DNA of 64,000 bases, from the NCBI GenBank assembly GCA_965226885.1, contig CBDDEL010000012.1:288001-352000 (forward strand), written 5' to 3'. This DNA comes from Opitutales bacterium. Its GTDB lineage: Bacteria > Verrucomicrobiota > Verrucomicrobiia > Opitutales > UBA2987. Both the position numbers and the translations under genes were made by a program. Of the stretch, positions 59,177 through 64,000 are shown piece by piece (within the stretch, counting starts at the first letter, position 1; each line of letters starts with the position of its first letter). The notes beneath the pieces are model-generated. The model made no database searches, was not told where the DNA came from, and worked only from the letters and a program-made list of their open reading frames with translations.

Positions 59177-60943
59177 TCAAACCCGAAAGACGCCCAAGGC
59201 ATCTTCTTGGCCCGCACCCACCGTCAAGGCGAGGACTTCTTCGATCGTGGTAAGGCCACGGGAAGCCTTTTCCATCCCGTCTTGCCAAAGAGTTTGCAGA
59301 CCCGATTGGCCGGCCGCGGCACGAATTTCGGTCAAGGACGCCTGCTGGTAAATCAATTGTCTGAGAGCTTCATCAATCTCCAGAATTTCAAAAATTGCGG
59401 TGCGCCCGGCATAACCGCAGCCGGAACAATGGTCGCAACCGGGGCCAAGGGCATAAGGAATCCGGCCCGCCTCCTCGATTCCGGCAAACTCTTCGGTCTT
59501 TTTAAACGGTTCGCGGCAATCGCGGCACAGCAGCCTGACCAATCTTTGGGCGAGCACGGCACGAAGGCAAGCCGAGAGCAGAAAGGGCTTGATCCCAATA
59601 TCGGCAAGACGGGAAATAGCGGCCGCCGAATCGTTGGTATGCAGGGTGCTGAAAACAAGGTGCCCGGTGAGGGACGCATGGACGGCGATTTCCGCTGTTT
59701 CCAAATCACGGATTTCTCCAATCATGATGATATTCGGGGCTTGCCGGAGGATGGAACGCAGGGCGGCGGCAAAATCCAGGCCGACCTCGCGCTTCACCTG
59801 CACCTGATTGATGCCGCTGAGTTGGTATTCCACCGGCTCCTCGACGGTGATGATCTTACGGTCCGGATGGTTGATGGAATGAAGAAAGGAATAAAGGGTG
59901 GTGGTTTTGCCCGAACCGGTCGGGCCGGTGACCAAAATCATGCCATCGGTAAGGGCGAGGAGTTGCTTTACTTTAGGCAAATCCCCGGTTTGAAAACCCA
60001 GACGGGATAAATCGAGGCGCAAATTCGCCTTGTCCAGGATTCTCATCACGACGCTCTCCCCGTGGGCGGTGGGAAGGGTCGAAACGCGCAAATCGATTTC
60101 ATCGGAACCGGAAGATATAAGAATGCGCCCATCCTGCGGGAGCCGTTTTTCGGATATGCTGATGTCGGCCATTAATTTGAGCCGCGAGATGATGGCCGAT
60201 TGCAGGCGTTTGGGCGGACATTGAATCTCGCGCAAAACGCCGTCGATACGGAAACGAATGCGGAAAAGCTTCTCGAGGGGTTCCAGGTGGATATCGGAAG
60301 CGCCCATCTGGAGGGCTTTGCCGATGAGCCATTGTACGAATTCGCCAATCGGCGCTTCCTCCTCGTGGAGTTTCCGGTTTTCTCTGGAAAAGTCGACCCG
60401 GCTGGTCGGGATTCGCCCAAAATTGAAGTTGGTCTGAGGGTATGCCGAGAAAGGAGTCGAAGTTTTTTCGATTCCCTTGTCATTGTCATAGAACCCGGCA
60501 ATGGCTTGCCCGATATCCTCGGGCCAGGCCAGCTTTGCCTCTACCGGCATTCCCAATAGGTGGCTGAGATCATCTAGGACGTCCAGGTTGCAGGGGTTGA
60601 CGGTGGCCAGTTGCAGGCATTGTCCCTCGAAACTGAGAGGAAATACTCCATAGCGTTCGGCCACGTCTCTATCGATTTTTTCCAGAACTCCGGGTTGAGG
60701 CTTGAGGTCGGCCAGGGAAACGCTTTCCCATTGGAATTCCCGGGCCAGCGCATCGAGGATTTTCCGCCGGTCTGCCGGATGGCGATTGACTAATTTGTCG
60801 AACAAAGGGGCGATGTCCTCATCCCCTAAATTTTCAGGGGCCGGCTCCATGCGGGATGTATTTACCATGACGGCCAGGGCATCGCGGGAATCTACCCCTC
60901 TATCGTGGAGAAGCTGCCTGATATATTGGCCGGTGGTTTTCAT
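59177..60943 (-). CDS. second PilB/GspE-family assembly ATPase
   Basis: ASDIHLEP, LPQDGRI, GPTGSGKTT, EEPVE, RQAPN..IGEIRD, CRDC...CDHC; start uncertain. Confidence 0.92.
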   Translation of the reverse strand: MKTTGQYIRQLLHDRGVDSRDALAVMVNTSRMEPAPENLGDEDIAPLFDKLVNRHPADRRKILDALAREFQWESVSLADLKPQPGVLEKIDRDVAERYGVFPLSFEGQCLQLATVNPCNLDVLDDLSHLLGMPVEAKLAWPEDIGQAIAGFYDNDKGIEKTSTPFSAYPQTNFNFGRIPTSRVDFSRENRKLHEEEAPIGEFVQWLIGKALQMGASDIHLEPLEKLFRIRFRIDGVLREIQCPPKRLQSAIISRLKLMADISISEKRLPQDGRILISSGSDEIDLRVSTLPTAHGESVVMRILDKANLRLDLSRLGFQTGDLPKVKQLLALTDGMILVTGPTGSGKTTTLYSFLHSINHPDRKIITVEEPVEYQLSGINQVQVKREVGLDFAAALRSILRQAPNIIMIGEIRDLETAEIAVHASLTGHLVFSTLHTNDSAAAISRLADIGIKPFLLSACLRAVLAQRLVRLLCRDCREPFKKTEEFAGIEEAGRIPYALGPGCDHCSGCGYAGRTAIFEILEIDEALRQLIYQQASLTEIRAAAGQSGLQTLWQDGMEKASRGLTTIEEVLALTVGAGQEDALGVFRV

Positions 60944-61002
60944 GGATAGAGGCCAACGGGCCGGGGAAAAGACCACATCTTGTCCCGGAACTGAAAAATG
61001 TT

Positions 61003-62730
61003 TTACCGGTTCAAGCCCATCAAAAATTCGGCGTTGGATTTCGTTTTCTTGACCCGCTGGATTAACAACTCCATTGCCTCGGGAGAAGGGACGCCTCTCA
61101 TGGCTCGCCGGAGGGAATAAATTTTGTTCATTTCGTCCGGGTGGTAAAGTAATTCCTCCTTGCGAGTGCCGCTCTGTTCCAGATTGATGGCCGGATAAAT
61201 GCGCTTGTCCACGAGAGCGCGGTCAAGGTGCAGTTCCATATTTCCGGTGCCTTTGAATTCCTCAAAAATAACCTCGTCCATGCGGCTGCCGGTATCGATC
61301 AAAGCCGTGGCCAGGATGGTCAGACTGCCGCCATCTTCGATATTGCGGGCGGAGCCGAAAAAACGCTTCGGTTTTTGCAGCGCGCTGGCTTCAACTCCGC
61401 CGGAAAGGATTTTTCCACTGCTGGGCATGGTCGTATTGTAAGCGCGGGCCAGCCTGGTGATGGAATCGAGCAATATGACGACATCGCGCCCGTCCTCAAC
61501 CATCCGGCGCGATTTCTCGATCACTATTTCGGCGGCATGGACATGGCTTTCGGCCGACTGGTCGAAGGTGGAACTGACAACCTCGCCGATTACCTGTCGC
61601 TGGAAATCGGTGACTTCCTCCGGCCTTTCGTCCACCAGCAGGACAATGAGATGGGCCTCCGGGTAATTGCGGGCGATGGAATTGGCGATGCATTGCAGGA
61701 TGACGGTTTTTCCTGTGCGGGGCGGCGACACAATGAGACCGCGCTGGCCAAACCCGATGGGGGTGAGCATATCCACCACTCGCATAGAAAGATTGTCCCA
61801 GGAAACATCCGGAGCGGTTTCCAAAAGCATGCGTTTGAGCGGATAATAGGGAACCAAATCTTCAAAGGGTTCGACCTTGGAGTCTTCCTCCAGAGGGTGT
61901 CCCATGAGGGAATTGAGGCGAACAACAAAGGGACATGTTTCGCCCGGCCGATGAGGATGCACCTGGGCCTGCACCCAATGACCGCGGAAAAGCCCGTATT
62001 TACGGATCAGGGAGGCAGGCACAAAGGCGTTCTGGGGTTTTATTTTATAGTTGTCGGTTTCAAAAACGAGAAGCCCGTAGCCATCCTGGGTGGTTTCCAG
62101 AGCGCCCTCCATATAAACGGGGATTTTTTGTTCGAAGCATCGATCGATAACTTTATCCACCAACTGGCTGCGATTGGGCGCCGAATTCCATTCAACACCG
62201 AGAGCGCGAACCTCTTCGACCAGTTGAGTCAGGGGCATAGCCATGAGCGGGTTGAGCGATACAGGCTCTCCCCCGCCGGAGATTTCCTGGCACAATTTAG
62301 CCATTTCCGTCAAATCTTCGAGGGGCTCAAAATGGGGTAACTCCCCGACGTTCAAAGAGGGCCCCTTGATCGTTCCGTAAAAATCATTGCGTCCGCGCCC
62401 GGGTGCGAATTTTTTCTTCTTTTTGGGAAAAGGCCGCTGGGCGGATTTCTTTTTCGGGTATTTATTTTTAAAATTCTGATTATTGGAGCGGTTTCCCTTT
62501 TGGTATTTATTGCGGTCCTTGCCGGCCTGTTTTCCCCGATAAGATTGCGATCTCTGTTCGGAGCCCTCCTCTTCGGCAATTTCCCCGGAAGGCGTTTTAT
62601 CCGATTCCACTGTGGCAGGCGAGGCAGCCCCACCGGGCAACTCCTCCTTTGCTTTTGGCAAATCGGGGGATTTATTTTCGACGGCGGCGACGGATGGGCC
62701 GGAGGTTTCCAGTTTATCTGATTCGGACAT
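61003..62730 (-). CDS. rho: transcription termination factor Rho with N-terminal low-complexity extension
   Basis: [50 protein letters not shown]. Confidence 0.96.
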   Translation of the reverse strand: MSESDKLETSGPSVAAVENKSPDLPKAKEELPGGAASPATVESDKTPSGEIAEEEGSEQRSQSYRGKQAGKDRNKYQKGNRSNNQNFKNKYPKKKSAQRPFPKKKKKFAPGRGRNDFYGTIKGPSLNVGELPHFEPLEDLTEMAKLCQEISGGGEPVSLNPLMAMPLTQLVEEVRALGVEWNSAPNRSQLVDKVIDRCFEQKIPVYMEGALETTQDGYGLLVFETDNYKIKPQNAFVPASLIRKYGLFRGHWVQAQVHPHRPGETCPFVVRLNSLMGHPLEEDSKVEPFEDLVPYYPLKRMLLETAPDVSWDNLSMRVVDMLTPIGFGQRGLIVSPPRTGKTVILQCIANSIARNYPEAHLIVLLVDERPEEVTDFQRQVIGEVVSSTFDQSAESHVHAAEIVIEKSRRMVEDGRDVVILLDSITRLARAYNTTMPSSGKILSGGVEASALQKPKRFFGSARNIEDGGSLTILATALIDTGSRMDEVIFEEFKGTGNMELHLDRALVDKRIYPAINLEQSGTRKEELLYHPDEMNKIYSLRRAMRGVPSPEAMELLIQRVKKTKSNAEFLMGLNR

Positions 62731-62801
62731 ATTGGCGACCGCTTGGGCTGGCGGGGGCGGAAATACCGGCCCGCGGACCAGCTGCCTGCGGCATTGATTA
62801 A

Positions 62802-63386
62802 TTAATTTCTGTTGATTTGTTGGCGGAGCAGCAAAACCTGATTGCGCAGGAACTCTTTCGAGCCGTTGTTGGAGATCACGTAATCAGCGCGCTTAACCTT
62901 GTCAGGAAGGGACAGTTGGAGGGCATTTCTGGCAAAAAATTGCTCTTTGCTCAGGCCCTTGGCCCTGGACCTGCGTAATTGCACGGCAAGGCTCGCTGAT
63001 ATACAAACAGTTAAATGAAAATGTTTTTCAAGCTTTTTTTCAAAAAGGAGAGGAATTTCAACAACACAAAGCGATCCTGAATGCCTGTCCAGGCGGGACT
63101 CCCAATCTTTTTTCACCAGGGGGTGTAATAGATTTTCCAGCCAAAGCCGGTGAGGAGTTTGAGCAAATACGATACGGGAAAGAAAAGCTCTGTCAACTGT
63201 TCCTTTTTGATCGATGACCGATGAGCCGTAGCGCTCCAGCAGGGCCTTCTGCACAACGGGATCGCCATCGAGCAGCTCCGCCACGATCCTGTCGCAATCG
63301 ATGCAGAGCGCTCCCGTTTCAGCCAGGATGCCAGCCGCTTCGGATTTGCCGCAGCCGATTCCTCCGGTCAGTCCAACCCGTAACAT
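62802..63386 (-). CDS. coaE: dephospho-CoA kinase
   Basis: [34 protein letters not shown]. Confidence 0.94.
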   Translation of the reverse strand: MLRVGLTGGIGCGKSEAAGILAETGALCIDCDRIVAELLDGDPVVQKALLERYGSSVIDQKGTVDRAFLSRIVFAQTPHRLWLENLLHPLVKKDWESRLDRHSGSLCVVEIPLLFEKKLEKHFHLTVCISASLAVQLRRSRAKGLSKEQFFARNALQLSLPDKVKRADYVISNNGSKEFLRNQVLLLRQQINRN

Positions 63387-63632
63387 AGTGAATAATTAAG
63401 TATAGCAAGCGGGGTTAATTCTAAGAAAATCGCACTGTAGGCAGCTGTATTTTACCCTCAAAGCTTTCCTCTGAAAAATGGAGTTGCAGTGCGGGTTTAT
63501 CCTAGGGGCCAACAATGAGCGGTCAATGGGCAAATCGAGGGTGCTGAAAAATGCATTGCCTTTTCCACCTAAATCGTCATCATAGTCGAATACTACTACC
63601 GTTATCGAAATAGAGGATTATGGGAGATAGAA

Positions 63633-64000
63633 ATGGAACCTAAGTATAGGCTCAAGGATATGGACACGCAAAGCCACGAAGCGGTGGCTGGAGCAGTGGT
63701 CGAAATCCATCAGGAGATCTTTCCGGGGGCGGACTGGAAATACATCCCACAATATTTCAAGGATGTGGCCGGCATGTTCATGGGCAATTACACGCACTAC
63801 CAGGCCATGGACACCGTTTATCACGACCTCGAGCATACTTTGCAGGCCACCTTGTGCTGGGTCCGCTTGATGGCCAATCGCCACCGGTCGAAAGTCGAGC
63901 CGATGATGACCCCGAAGGATTTTCAGATAGGTTTTGTCGGCATCCTCATGCACGATGTCGGATACCTGAAGGAAGAGGACGATGACGAAGGGACCGGAGC
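63633..64000 (+). CDS. HD-domain metal-dependent phosphohydrolase (5' part; runs off window)
   Basis: Manual translation MEPKYRLKDMD...DTVYHDLEHTLQ...ILMHDVGYLK. Confidence 0.82.
   Translation, partial: MEPKYRLKDMDTQSHEAVAGAVVEIHQEIFPGADWKYIPQYFKDVAGMFMGNYTHYQAMDTVYHDLEHTLQATLCWVRLMANRHRSKVEPMMTPKDFQIGFVGILMHDVGYLKEEDDDEGTG

Overview
Bacterial chromosomal window. Gene content (TIGR03790-family protein, DUF456, type-B L31/L36, duplicated PilB/PilC, HDOD) suggests Verrucomicrobiota, probably Opitutales; this is inference. Most of it is housekeeping: pfk, purB, trxA, ribH-nusB-ftsY-aroB, pdxA, infC, hemE-hemH-ccsA-hemA, lpxB, lolCD, lysS, lipA, rpmJ/rpmE, a type IV pilus ATPase cluster, rho, coaE and tRNA-Gly(TCC). 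The first 29 kb is heavily disturbed. It holds an IS5-like element with a 6-bp TSD and an IS1 without TSD joining two truncated genes. It also holds a composite transposon inside a pilC gene, made of two divergent IS1380 copies carrying a slice of an IS4/IS50-type transposase. Five perfect 16-25 bp tandem micro-duplications occur here, four of them frameshifting genes. The IS1380 copies carry a candidate structured 3' RNA with one compensatory base pair. From 28 to 40 kb lies a selenium-dependent molybdenum hydroxylase / anaerobic purine catabolism-like cluster: YgeY, Xdh, a short YgfK lacking its FAD/NAD module, an aminotransferase and a PLP enzyme, with a candidate structured leader. No CRISPR array or rRNA was seen. 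All calls are from reading motifs by eye; no searches were run.
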